Shown here one piece after another: positions 48,121 through 56,979 of a stretch of 64,000 nucleotides of DNA. Source of the DNA: a virus; the IMG/VR virus record IMGVR_UViG_3300023179_000020, one strand, 5' to 3'. The stretch's first letter is position 1; the number at the start of each line of letters is the position of its first letter. Position numbers and translations under genes: made by a program. Below the pieces are notes generated by a model. It was given only the letters and a program-made list of their open reading frames with translations. It did no database searches and was not told where the DNA came from.

Positions 48121-48150
48121 AGCCCAGAGAAATCTGGGCTTTTTTGTTTT
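48121..48150 (+). terminator. Intrinsic terminator after the major capsid gene
   Basis: AGCCCAGA-GAAA-TCTGGGCT-TTTTTGTTTT. Confidence 0.85.
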
Positions 48151-48177
48151 CTTTAATATTTATACACAAATACGACT

Positions 48178-50010
48178 ATGTCTGACTTTAACAGAACCGA
48201 ACAGGCGCAACAGATTTTTAAAGAAAAACGTAAGCCTAAAAACCCAATTTCATTTAAAATTCAATTAAATGAAGAACAAAAAATAGCTAAACAACTAATT
48301 TTAGACAACCCAGTAACACTATTAAAAGGTATGGCTGGTAGTGGCAAGGCTCAAGATGTAGATAGTCTTGTTATTACTCCGGATGGGACTAAACGAATAG
48401 GAGATATAACCCCAGGAGATTTTGTTATTTCTGAATATGGGGACCCTATTAAAGTATTAGACATATTCCCACAAGGGAAAAAAGATTTATATAAAATTAC
48501 TTTTTCTGATGGGTTTTCAACAACGTGTTGTAAAGAACATTTATGGAATGTAATTCGAAGAAATAATCTTCATTCCCAATATAATAGGAATAATAAACCA
48601 AATCTTAAATACCAAGAATACGAAACTTTATCCTTAGAAGAAATAATAAATAAGGGGATAAAAACAGGAAAAAAAGATAAATGGTTTATTCCGGTTCAAG
48701 GATTAACCCAATTTAATAATAGGCAAGTAACTATAGATCCATATATTGTAGGGTGTTTAATTGGAGATGGCTCTTTAACTGGTCTAACCCCAGAAATAAC
48801 AAGTGAAGATAAAGAAATAGTAGATTATTTTCAATTATGGTGTGATAGAAATAATTTAAATTTTTATCAAAAACAAAGTGTAAATAAAAAAGGAAATAGA
48901 ATACAATATAGCATAACTAGTAATAAAAATCAAGAAATAGTAGAATATAATACTTTAACTAAAAAATTAAAAGAATATAATCTAATGGGATCTAATAGTT
49001 TTAATAAATTTATTCCTAAAGATTATTTATATAATTCAAAAGAAGTTAGATTAGAACTTTTACAAGGATTAATGGATACTGATGGTTGGATTCAAACAAA
49101 TAAATTTAGAAATAATAAGGGAATTTCTTCCCAACCATATTATTGTACTGTATCTAAGCAATTAAAAGATGATTTTGTTTTCTTAATTCAAAGTTTAGGT
49201 GGGATATGCTATGTAACTGAAAAACAAGGTAAATATAAAGCTAAAGGAGAAAAAGATTATAAACTAACTGCTATTAATTACAGAATTTGTATAAACTTTC
49301 CTAATGAATTAAGAGAAAATATATTTAAATTAAACAGAAAAAAAGAAAGGATAACTGAACAAAAAAGTATTATAAATAGAAGCATATCTAAAATAGAATT
49401 TCTAAAAACAGATGAAGCCGTTTGTATTTTAGTTGATTCTCCTACTCATTTATATCTTACTGATAATTTTATTGTTACTCATAATACTCTTGTAGCATGT
49501 CAAGTAGCATTAGATTTAGTGTTTAAAAAAGACGTTGAAAGAATTATTATTACTCGTCCTACTGTAGCTAAAGAAGAAATAGGATTTTTACCTGGTGACT
49601 TAAAAGAAAAAATGGATCCTTGGTTAGCTCCAATTTATGCTAATTTACATATGTTGTATGACAAAGCAAAAATTGATAAAATGATTCAAGACCAAACTAT
49701 TGAAATTGTTCCTTTTGCATTTATGAGAGGAAGAACATTTCCCAATGCTGTAGTAATTGTAGATGAATGTCAAAACATTACTCATGGTCAAACAGAAATG
49801 ATTTTAGGACGATTGGGAAAAGGTGGTAAAATGATTTTTTGTGGAGACATTACTCAAACTGACCTTAAAAATAAAAAAGACAGTGGTATAGGTTTTTTTA
49901 CCCGTTTAGAAGAAAATATTAAAGGTGTTAAAATTGTTATTTTAAAAACAAATCATCGCCACGACATTGTAGAACCTATTCTTCATTTATACTCAGAATA
50001 CAGGGATTGA
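48178..50010 (+). CDS. phoH: PhoH-family ATPase interrupted by an intein
   Basis: GMAGSGK|T P-loop, ITRP, GFLPG...EKM.PW, FMRGRT, VDECQN, R.G, GD..Q.DL, HRH. Confidence 0.9.
   Translation: MSDFNRTEQAQQIFKEKRKPKNPISFKIQLNEEQKIAKQLILDNPVTLLKGMAGSGKAQDVDSLVITPDGTKRIGDITPGDFVISEYGDPIKVLDIFPQGKKDLYKITFSDGFSTTCCKEHLWNVIRRNNLHSQYNRNNKPNLKYQEYETLSLEEIINKGIKTGKKDKWFIPVQGLTQFNNRQVTIDPYIVGCLIGDGSLTGLTPEITSEDKEIVDYFQLWCDRNNLNFYQKQSVNKKGNRIQYSITSNKNQEIVEYNTLTKKLKEYNLMGSNSFNKFIPKDYLYNSKEVRLELLQGLMDTDGWIQTNKFRNNKGISSQPYYCTVSKQLKDDFVFLIQSLGGICYVTEKQGKYKAKGEKDYKLTAINYRICINFPNELRENIFKLNRKKERITEQKSIINRSISKIEFLKTDEAVCILVDSPTHLYLTDNFIVTHNTLVACQVALDLVFKKDVERIIITRPTVAKEEIGFLPGDLKEKMDPWLAPIYANLHMLYDKAKIDKMIQDQTIEIVPFAFMRGRTFPNAVVIVDECQNITHGQTEMILGRLGKGGKMIFCGDITQTDLKNKKDSGIGFFTRLEENIKGVKIVILKTNHRHDIVEPILHLYSEYRD
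48349..49485 (+). mobile_element. Intein (379 aa) with LAGLIDADG homing endonuclease, class-3 type
   Basis: Starts AQDVDS.V.TPDG, ends FIVTHN before T. Carries HLW (block B), VCI (block F) and the endonuclease motifs GCLIGDG and LLQGLMDTDG. Confidence 0.9.
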
Positions 50011-50032
50011 TATTTATAACCAAATCCTAAAC

Positions 50033-50518
50033 ATGGCAGATTTAAAAATAACTTTACAAGAAAGTATAGTATTACCAAATAGGAATAAAGAAGTATTAAC
50101 CAATACTGCTACTATATCTGGTGTAAATCAAATTTTAAGAAGAACAGACACTATAGCAACTGATTTTAGTGGTTCTGGAATTGAAATTTTAAAATTTGTT
50201 GATAGTGAAGAAGAACAAACAGCAGGCTCATTTGTCAAATCAGATGTAAAATATTTACGTATTACCAATTTAGACACTACCAATTCAGCTTTAATTTATT
50301 TAGTAGACACTAATGAAGAAAGTGTTTTATTTAAATTAGAAGCTAAAAAATCACTTATGTTTGGAAACGTAGATTTTAATGCTACTCAAAACGGTGATTA
50401 TGTTGTAGAAGGAGTATGGGATGAAGATTATTACTCTAGTTTTGTTTATTATGATACAATAAAAGCAAAAGCAGAAACAGCTGATTTACAACTTGAATAT
50501 TTTGTAGCATCTGCTTAA
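50033..50518 (+). CDS. Hypothetical (probably virion) protein
   Basis: 161 aa; TATTTATA at 50011. Confidence 0.55.
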   Translation: MADLKITLQESIVLPNRNKEVLTNTATISGVNQILRRTDTIATDFSGSGIEILKFVDSEEEQTAGSFVKSDVKYLRITNLDTTNSALIYLVDTNEESVLFKLEAKKSLMFGNVDFNATQNGDYVVEGVWDEDYYSSFVYYDTIKAKAETADLQLEYFVASA

Positions 50519-50555
50519 CAAAACAATATATTTATAAATAAAACAAAATAATAGT

Positions 50556-51026
50556 ATGACACATTCTTTTCAATTAAACTATAAACCTCTTCCTAATGAT
50601 GAAAAAAATTTAAGAACAGGTTTAATTGCGTTTTTAGTATTTTCTAGTTTATTATTAGGATATAATACTTATCAAGATAACTGTATATCAGTTAATGATG
50701 TAGAAAGAGTAGGTACTGGTGACACAGTAGATGGATTTAAATTAGGTACTGGTGATACAGTAGATGGATTTAAATTAGGTATTGGTGACACAGTAGATGG
50801 ATATTTAAGAGGATTTACTGGTGATACAGTTGATGGTTATATAAACGGAGTTAAAGCTATTGACCGTTATGGTAATACATCTACAATTTCACGGAGCGTA
50901 AACGGTGAAGAAGAGTATTTAAATTCTCAAAATAGTATTCTTGAATACAATTTACCTTTTTCTACTACAAATTCTGAATCTCAACTCCAAATGGTTATGC
51001 CTATTATGGATACTTTAAAACACTAA
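50556..51026 (+). CDS. Hypothetical protein with a hydrophobic segment and GDTVDG repeats
   Basis: GLIAFLVFSSLLLGY; four GDTVDG units. Confidence 0.55.
   Translation: MTHSFQLNYKPLPNDEKNLRTGLIAFLVFSSLLLGYNTYQDNCISVNDVERVGTGDTVDGFKLGTGDTVDGFKLGIGDTVDGYLRGFTGDTVDGYINGVKAIDRYGNTSTISRSVNGEEEYLNSQNSILEYNLPFSTTNSESQLQMVMPIMDTLKH
50712..50840 (+). repeat. Intragenic 33-nt tandem repeat (GTGDTVDGFKL), ~4 copies
   Basis: ggtactggtgacacagtagatggatttaaatta at 50712, near-identical copies at 50745 and 50778, degenerate fourth copy. Confidence 0.85.
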
Positions 51027-51044
51027 TAAAACCAAAACACAACA

Positions 51045-53246
51045 ATGGGATTAACATACAGAAAAAATTTAGGACGCCCTTTAACATCTGATGAAATAGA
51101 TGCTAATTTTGCCTATTTTACCGGATCACAAAGTATAACAGGCTCAATCACCATTTCAGGAAGCATAATTCCTGTAGTAGGAGCAGGAGAATTAACTTCA
51201 TCTTTTAGTCTAGGCTCAGAAACAGCAGCTTGGAAGGACATTTACGTATCTGAAGGATCAATTCGATTTGTAAAATCAGGTTCAAATGCTGTTGTTCTTT
51301 CAGCTACAGCTGAAGGAGGAATTGCAGTTGGTGGTGTTCCTGTTCCAACAGCTGAATACAGTGGTAGTTCAATTGTAGATGGTACTTCAACAGTTTCTGG
51401 AAGTTTAAAAGTTTCAGGTAGTTCAGATTTTGATGGCAGTATTAAAATAGGAACAGGTAATACAGTTTCAGATAAAGGAGCATTTGCTTCTGGGGATTGT
51501 AATTCAGCTATTGGTGATTTTTCTTCAGCTAAAGGAGCAAATTCCAGAGCATCTGGTTTTGTTTCAGATGCTAAAGGATTATTTGTAACATCTTCATTTA
51601 CAGCATCTAGTGCTAAAGGATACGGAACAATAGCTTCAAATTTAGCATCAAGTGCTAAAGGTTACTATACAGTAGCATCAGGTATAATTTCTAATGCTAA
51701 AGGATATATGACTACTGCCTCAGGTACTGGTTCAAATGCTGATGGTTATAAAACTAAAGCTACAAACGATTTTGCAGAATCTAAAGGATATTATTCAATA
51801 GCATCAGGTATTTATTCTCATGCTAAAGGTGCATATACTACAGCATCAGGAACATCATCATATGCAGAAGGAAATCAAGCAAATGCTTCTGGTCCTTTTT
51901 CACATGCTCAAGGAGCGGCTACTATTGCTTCAGGTATTTATTCTTATGCAGAAGGTGATCAAACTTTAGCATTAGGTGCTTTTTCTCACACTAAAGGAGC
52001 ATTTACAACTGCTTCAGGAGTAGCTTCAGTAGCTATAGGTAACCAATCCTTAGCATCTGGTCCTTTTTCACATGCTCAAGGAGCGGCTACTATTGCTTCA
52101 GGTATTTATTCTCATGCAGAAGGTGATCGAACCTTAGCTTCAGGCAATTATTCACGTGCAAAAGGTGTTTATGCTACTGCTTCAGGACAAGCATCTAGTG
52201 CTGAAGGTAATAATACTTTAGCATCTGGTTTTTATTCCCGTGCTGAAGGATTAGCAACAATTGCTTCAGGAAAAGCATCTAATGCTAAAGGCAGACAAAC
52301 TATTGCTTCAGGTACTGGTTCTCATGCTGAAGGTATAGGAACCGTTTCTAGTGGTTTAGGTTCTCATGCTGAGGGTTGGTTTACAACTGCATCAGGTGGT
52401 AATTCACACGCTGAAGGAAACCAAACCGTATCCTCAGGTGAAGTGTCACATGCTGAAGGTGTTTTAAATTTAGCTTTAGGAGGTGGTTCTCACGCTGAAG
52501 GTGTTTTAACAACCTCTTCAGGTCTTTGGTCTCACTCTGAAGGTAGAGGCACATTAACCTTAGGAACTGGTTCTCATGCTGAAGGCCGATTAACAGTTGC
52601 TTCAGGTGATTATTCACATGCTGCTGGTTCTGCTTCTTTAGCTTCAGGTATAGGTTCTTATGCTGCAGGTCTTTTATCAACTGCTTCCGGTGATTATTCG
52701 CATGCTGAAGGATATTTAACCATAGCTTCAGGTTCTCAATCACATGCTGAAGGATTTAGTACAGAAGCATTAGGACAATCTTCTCATGCTGAAGGTACAA
52801 ATACAATTGCTTTAGCAACTGCTACTCATACTGAAGGAGCAAATACAATTGCTTTAGGTTCTTATTCTCATGCTGAAGGTCAATACACAACAGCTAGTGG
52901 TGTTGGTTCACATGCCGAAGGTCAATATACAACCGCTTTAGGTACTTACTCACATGCTAGTGGAATAAACACAGTAGCATCAGGTAGTGGACAAACAGTA
53001 GTAGGAACATATAATGCTTTAAATAACGATAATTCTTTATTTGTTGTAGGAGCAGGTAAGTCAGGTAATAGAAAAGACGGATTCTCAGTAGAACTAGATA
53101 CTATTAACGTTAGACCTCACATTGTTATACCTACAAATACTGGTAATCCTAATAATCCAAAAGCTGGATCTATGTATTTTAATTCTTCTAGCCTTTTATT
53201 ATACATTTATGATGGTGCGGCTTGGAGATCATCTTCATTCGCTTAA
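51045..53246 (+). CDS. Fibre/adhesin with YadA-head-like (Hep/Hag) 14-aa S(H/S)A(E/K)G repeats
   Basis: Dozens of ASG..SHAEG..T. units; N-terminal R...GRPLT..E.DANF fibre-attachment motif. Confidence 0.75.
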   Translation: MGLTYRKNLGRPLTSDEIDANFAYFTGSQSITGSITISGSIIPVVGAGELTSSFSLGSETAAWKDIYVSEGSIRFVKSGSNAVVLSATAEGGIAVGGVPVPTAEYSGSSIVDGTSTVSGSLKVSGSSDFDGSIKIGTGNTVSDKGAFASGDCNSAIGDFSSAKGANSRASGFVSDAKGLFVTSSFTASSAKGYGTIASNLASSAKGYYTVASGIISNAKGYMTTASGTGSNADGYKTKATNDFAESKGYYSIASGIYSHAKGAYTTASGTSSYAEGNQANASGPFSHAQGAATIASGIYSYAEGDQTLALGAFSHTKGAFTTASGVASVAIGNQSLASGPFSHAQGAATIASGIYSHAEGDRTLASGNYSRAKGVYATASGQASSAEGNNTLASGFYSRAEGLATIASGKASNAKGRQTIASGTGSHAEGIGTVSSGLGSHAEGWFTTASGGNSHAEGNQTVSSGEVSHAEGVLNLALGGGSHAEGVLTTSSGLWSHSEGRGTLTLGTGSHAEGRLTVASGDYSHAAGSASLASGIGSYAAGLLSTASGDYSHAEGYLTIASGSQSHAEGFSTEALGQSSHAEGTNTIALATATHTEGANTIALGSYSHAEGQYTTASGVGSHAEGQYTTALGTYSHASGINTVASGSGQTVVGTYNALNNDNSLFVVGAGKSGNRKDGFSVELDTINVRPHIVIPTNTGNPNNPKAGSMYFNSSSLLLYIYDGAAWRSSSFA

Positions 53247-53265
53247 TAAAATAAACATAACAATA

Positions 53266-53296
53266 AGAAGACCCAATTTAGGGTCTTCTGTTTTCT
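53266..53296 (+). terminator. Probable intrinsic terminator
   Basis: AGAAGACCC/GGGTCTTCT stem followed by GTTTTCT. Confidence 0.65.
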
Positions 53297-53301
53297 CTTA
53301 A

Positions 53302-53309
53302 TATTTATA
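53302..53309 (+). promoter_or_regulatory. TATTTATA late-promoter-like motif before the neck gene
   Basis: Follows a terminator, 14 nt before the ATG at 53324. Confidence 0.65.
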
Positions 53310-53323
53310 AACAAACTCTATTC

Positions 53324-54487
53324 ATGTCTAACATTCCTATATACCCAGGCTCTTCATCATTTCTTCCAGGCCAAACACCTTTTGGATTCTATGACAATGA
53401 TATTCAATTTCAAGAAGACATTGATAAATTTGTTACATATTGTGCTAGAAGATTAGGTTATCCTTTAGTAGACGTTGAATTACAAGATTTAAATTTTTAT
53501 GCTGCATTTGAAGATGCGATAACTACTTATGGTAATGAAATTTATTCATTTCAAATAAGAGATAATCTTTTATCATTAGAAGGAGCACCAACAGATACTT
53601 TTGTAAACGATGCTATTATTACTCCTAATATGGGGGCAATAATAAAATTGTCACAACAGTATGCTGCTGAAGCAGGTGCAGGAGGAAACATAACTTATTA
53701 CAGTGGTGCTTTAGCATTAACACCAGGCCAACAAACATACGATTTAAAAGAATGGGCTGTTAGTCAAAGCATTTCAGGTGGTATAGAAATTAAAAAAGTA
53801 TTCTATCAAGACTTACCAGCTATAAATCAAATGTATGCACCTTTTGGTGGATTTGCTGGATTAGGAGGATTACCTGCTGCTGGTATTTACGGTGGAATGT
53901 ATGGTGGAGGATACGGAGGAGGATACTTAATGATGCCTGTAGCATATGATGCTGCTGTAATACAAGGATTAGAATTAAGTAATACCATTCGTTTATCAAA
54001 TTACACATTTGAAATTATAAACAATAATATAAAAATATTCCCTATACCAACAGACAACGATGTTAGGCAAGGATTTTTATGGTTTGAATACATAAAAGTT
54101 GAAGACAGATACGCTGACAGTATAACACAAACTGATGGAAGTAAAGTAACAAATGTATCAAATGCTCCATATAATTATCCTATTTATTCTCAACTAAATG
54201 CTGTTGGTAGATCATGGATTTTTGAATACGGTTTAGCACTCTGTAAAGAAATGTTAGGATACGTTCGTGGTAAATACAGTACCGTTCCTATCCCAGACCA
54301 AAATATTTCTTTAAACCAAGCTGATTTATTATCAGCAGCAACTGCTGAAAAAACAGCTTTAATTGAAAGATTAAGAACATACCTTGATGAAACTTCTAAT
54401 AAAGCTTTACTTGAAAGAAGAAAAGATGAAAGCGAATTTAGAAAGCAAGAGATTAATAATGTACCAATGTGTATATTTATCGGCTGA
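53324..54487 (+). CDS. Neck / head-tail adaptor protein (T4 gp13-like)
   Basis: RRLGYPLVDVEL, W...Y.LAL.KE.LG.VRGKY, LN...L...A..EK..L. Confidence 0.75.
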   Translation: MSNIPIYPGSSSFLPGQTPFGFYDNDIQFQEDIDKFVTYCARRLGYPLVDVELQDLNFYAAFEDAITTYGNEIYSFQIRDNLLSLEGAPTDTFVNDAIITPNMGAIIKLSQQYAAEAGAGGNITYYSGALALTPGQQTYDLKEWAVSQSISGGIEIKKVFYQDLPAINQMYAPFGGFAGLGGLPAAGIYGGMYGGGYGGGYLMMPVAYDAAVIQGLELSNTIRLSNYTFEIINNNIKIFPIPTDNDVRQGFLWFEYIKVEDRYADSITQTDGSKVTNVSNAPYNYPIYSQLNAVGRSWIFEYGLALCKEMLGYVRGKYSTVPIPDQNISLNQADLLSAATAEKTALIERLRTYLDETSNKALLERRKDESEFRKQEINNVPMCIFIG

Positions 54488-54489
54488 TT

Positions 54490-55200
54490 ATGATAGTATA
54501 TTGTATACATAATATAATAAATGGAAAAAAATATATAGGATCTGATAGTAAAAATGACCCTAAATATCTTGGATCAGGGGTATATATCAAAAAAGCTATT
54601 AAAAAATATGGTAAAGAAAATTTTATCAAATGTATTTTAGCTAAGGTAGATTCATATGATATCATGAAAGAATTAGAAGAATACTGGATAGATTATTTTG
54701 ACGCTTACAATAACAATATGTTTTATAACGCCACAAAATATTCATCAGGTATAACTAAATTTCCTGAAGATAAAAAAATTAATATATCATTAGCTAACAA
54801 AAATAATACATACCATAAAGGATATAGACAAACTGAATTCCAAAAATCCCAAACATCTAAAGCTAATACAGGGAGAAAACACTCAGATATTTCTAATAAG
54901 CTAAAAAGACAAGCTAAAATAGGTAATAAATATGCTTTAGGAAACAAATTATCCGAAGAACAAAAGAAAAAAATATCACAAAGTAAAAAAAATCATCCTT
55001 GTTATAATAATGTAGAACGTAATAAGAAAATAAGTGAAAAAAACAGTAAACCTATACTTCAATTTGATAAACAAGGTAATTTTATACAAGAATGGCCTAA
55101 TGCTAAATCAATATGTCTTTATTTAAATATAACAAGTATTAGTAGATCTTTAAAAGATTGGAATAATAATAGTAGGGGATTTAAATTTAAATACAAATAA
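54490..55200 (+). CDS. Freestanding GIY-YIG homing endonuclease (NUMOD3 + NUMOD1)
   Basis: IVYCI.N.INGKKYIGS...YLGSG..IKKAIKKYGKENF, EEYWI, FYN; KHS/SEEQKKKIS repeats. Start reassigned to ATG 54490. Confidence 0.85.
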   Translation: MIVYCIHNIINGKKYIGSDSKNDPKYLGSGVYIKKAIKKYGKENFIKCILAKVDSYDIMKELEEYWIDYFDAYNNNMFYNATKYSSGITKFPEDKKINISLANKNNTYHKGYRQTEFQKSQTSKANTGRKHSDISNKLKRQAKIGNKYALGNKLSEEQKKKISQSKKNHPCYNNVERNKKISEKNSKPILQFDKQGNFIQEWPNAKSICLYLNITSISRSLKDWNNNSRGFKFKYK

Positions 55201-55202
55201 GT

Positions 55203-55715
55203 ATGTGCGCACTTTTTGGTGGAAAAAGAGATATTTCCCTTTTTAGGCATATTAACAGAGAACTGTTAGGGGATATTATTACTCAACAATGTGCTTTTTA
55301 CAAATTTGTTTTAGACAAAACCATTGTTAACATGTATGGAGAAGCATCAGGTGGTAAATTTTATGATGGTCCTGTACTATTAAATTCTTTAATAACAGTA
55401 GCAGACAATACTTCTCCTACAAACGAATTTGGTGTTGATTTTAATTGGAGTATAAAAGTTGCATTTTTACGAGACGATTTAGTAGAAGCAAATGTGCATC
55501 CTGAAGTAGGAGACATTATACTTTATCAAGAAAGTTATTTTGAAGTTGATAATACTAACATAGTTCAGTTCTTTGCAGGCAAAGACCCAGACTATCCGTA
55601 CGCTACTAATCCATTAAACCCAGGATTAGAAAATTTTGGTTACAACGTAAGTGTAATATGTGAAACCCATTACGTTCCTGCGGATCGTGTGAATTTGATA
55701 AAACAAAGATTATAA
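55203..55715 (+). CDS. Head completion / neck protein (T4 gp14-like)
   Basis: N.YGEA, F.R..L......PEVGDII......FEV; follows the gp13-like gene. Confidence 0.65.
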   Translation: MCALFGGKRDISLFRHINRELLGDIITQQCAFYKFVLDKTIVNMYGEASGGKFYDGPVLLNSLITVADNTSPTNEFGVDFNWSIKVAFLRDDLVEANVHPEVGDIILYQESYFEVDNTNIVQFFAGKDPDYPYATNPLNPGLENFGYNVSVICETHYVPADRVNLIKQRL

Positions 55716-56977
55716 TGGCTGGAAGAAAACCAATACCTAAAACACAGAGAGAAATTAGCATTTCTCAACAAACTCCATTTGTACCACCACCTGGAGCACC
55801 TGGTTTTCAGTCTACTGGTAATCCTAATAAAGCTGAGGGTATTAACAGAGCAGAACAAACATCATTTAGAGACGATACTGTTAAACCTTTATCTATTGGT
55901 ATCCAAGACATGGATGAAGCAGTAATGTATTATTTTCAAAACGTTATAAACCCATCAGTTTTACAAAATGGAGAAAAAATATCTGTACCTATAATTTACG
56001 GTTCACCAGAAAAATGGAAATCATTCCAAAAAGATGGATACTATAGAGATTTAAATGGTCGTATAATGGCTCCTCTTATTATGTTTAAGAAAAACAGTAT
56101 AGAGAAAGTTAGAAATTTAACCAATAAATTGGATGCTAACAATCCTAACAATGTTGTTGTGTATGGTAAAAGGTATAGTAAACAAAATGAGTACAGTAAA
56201 TTTAACATTTTAAACAATGTTAAACGTGAAAAAACATACTACGCCACAGTAGTACCTGACTACTTAAATATCACTTATGATTGCGTTATTTTCACCTATT
56301 ATAATGACCAATTAAACAAAATTATAGAAACATTAGAATATGCTTCTGATTCATATTGGGGTGATCCTGAAAGATTTAAGTTTAAAGCAACTATAAGTAC
56401 ATTTACCCCAACTGTAGAATTATCAGACAATTCTGAACGTATAGTAAAATGTACTTTATCCATAACACTTTATGGATACATCATTCCAGACATTCCTCAA
56501 AAAGATTTAAATTCTATAAAGAAGTTTTCTGAAAAAAATAAATTAACATTTACTGTAGAAACAGTAAGTGGAGAAATAAATAATTTTAATTCTAACGTTA
56601 ATCAAACAACTATGCAAAAAGGAGGTTTAGCAAGTATTATAGATTCACCTAATATTGTTAACAATATAACAATATCAAATGTAGGTGCAGATGTATTAAC
56701 TTATCTTAATACAAGTAAAGCACTTCAAGCAACAACTGTTACTGCTCCTGATACAGCAGTATTTACAGGAGCATTTTTAACAGCTCCTACTGGCTTACCA
56801 GCTACAAGTGCTACTTCATTTTCTTATTTTATAAATGGACAATTAGTAGAACCAAATGCTGTTACATCTTTTGTTGATAATGGAGGAAGTACTTGTACAT
56901 TAACAATTAATACAACTAATTTAGGTTTTACTTTACAATCAACAGACGAAGTAGTAGCAATAGGTAAATTTGCATAA
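55715..56977 (+). CDS. Tail terminator/completion protein (T4 gp15-like) with C-terminal extension
   Basis: VPIIYGSPEKW, P.I.F, VPDY.NITY; gene order gp13-gp14-gp15. Confidence 0.6.
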   Translation: MAGRKPIPKTQREISISQQTPFVPPPGAPGFQSTGNPNKAEGINRAEQTSFRDDTVKPLSIGIQDMDEAVMYYFQNVINPSVLQNGEKISVPIIYGSPEKWKSFQKDGYYRDLNGRIMAPLIMFKKNSIEKVRNLTNKLDANNPNNVVVYGKRYSKQNEYSKFNILNNVKREKTYYATVVPDYLNITYDCVIFTYYNDQLNKIIETLEYASDSYWGDPERFKFKATISTFTPTVELSDNSERIVKCTLSITLYGYIIPDIPQKDLNSIKKFSEKNKLTFTVETVSGEINNFNSNVNQTTMQKGGLASIIDSPNIVNNITISNVGADVLTYLNTSKALQATTVTAPDTAVFTGAFLTAPTGLPATSATSFSYFINGQLVEPNAVTSFVDNGGSTCTLTINTTNLGFTLQSTDEVVAIGKFA

Positions 56978-56979
56978 AC

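Noticed and set aside
50712-50840. 33-nt repeats as a CRISPR array
   Set aside because: Directly tandem with no unique spacers, in frame within an ORF, and no cas operon; the Cas4-like gene at 14192 is a typical phage exonuclease.
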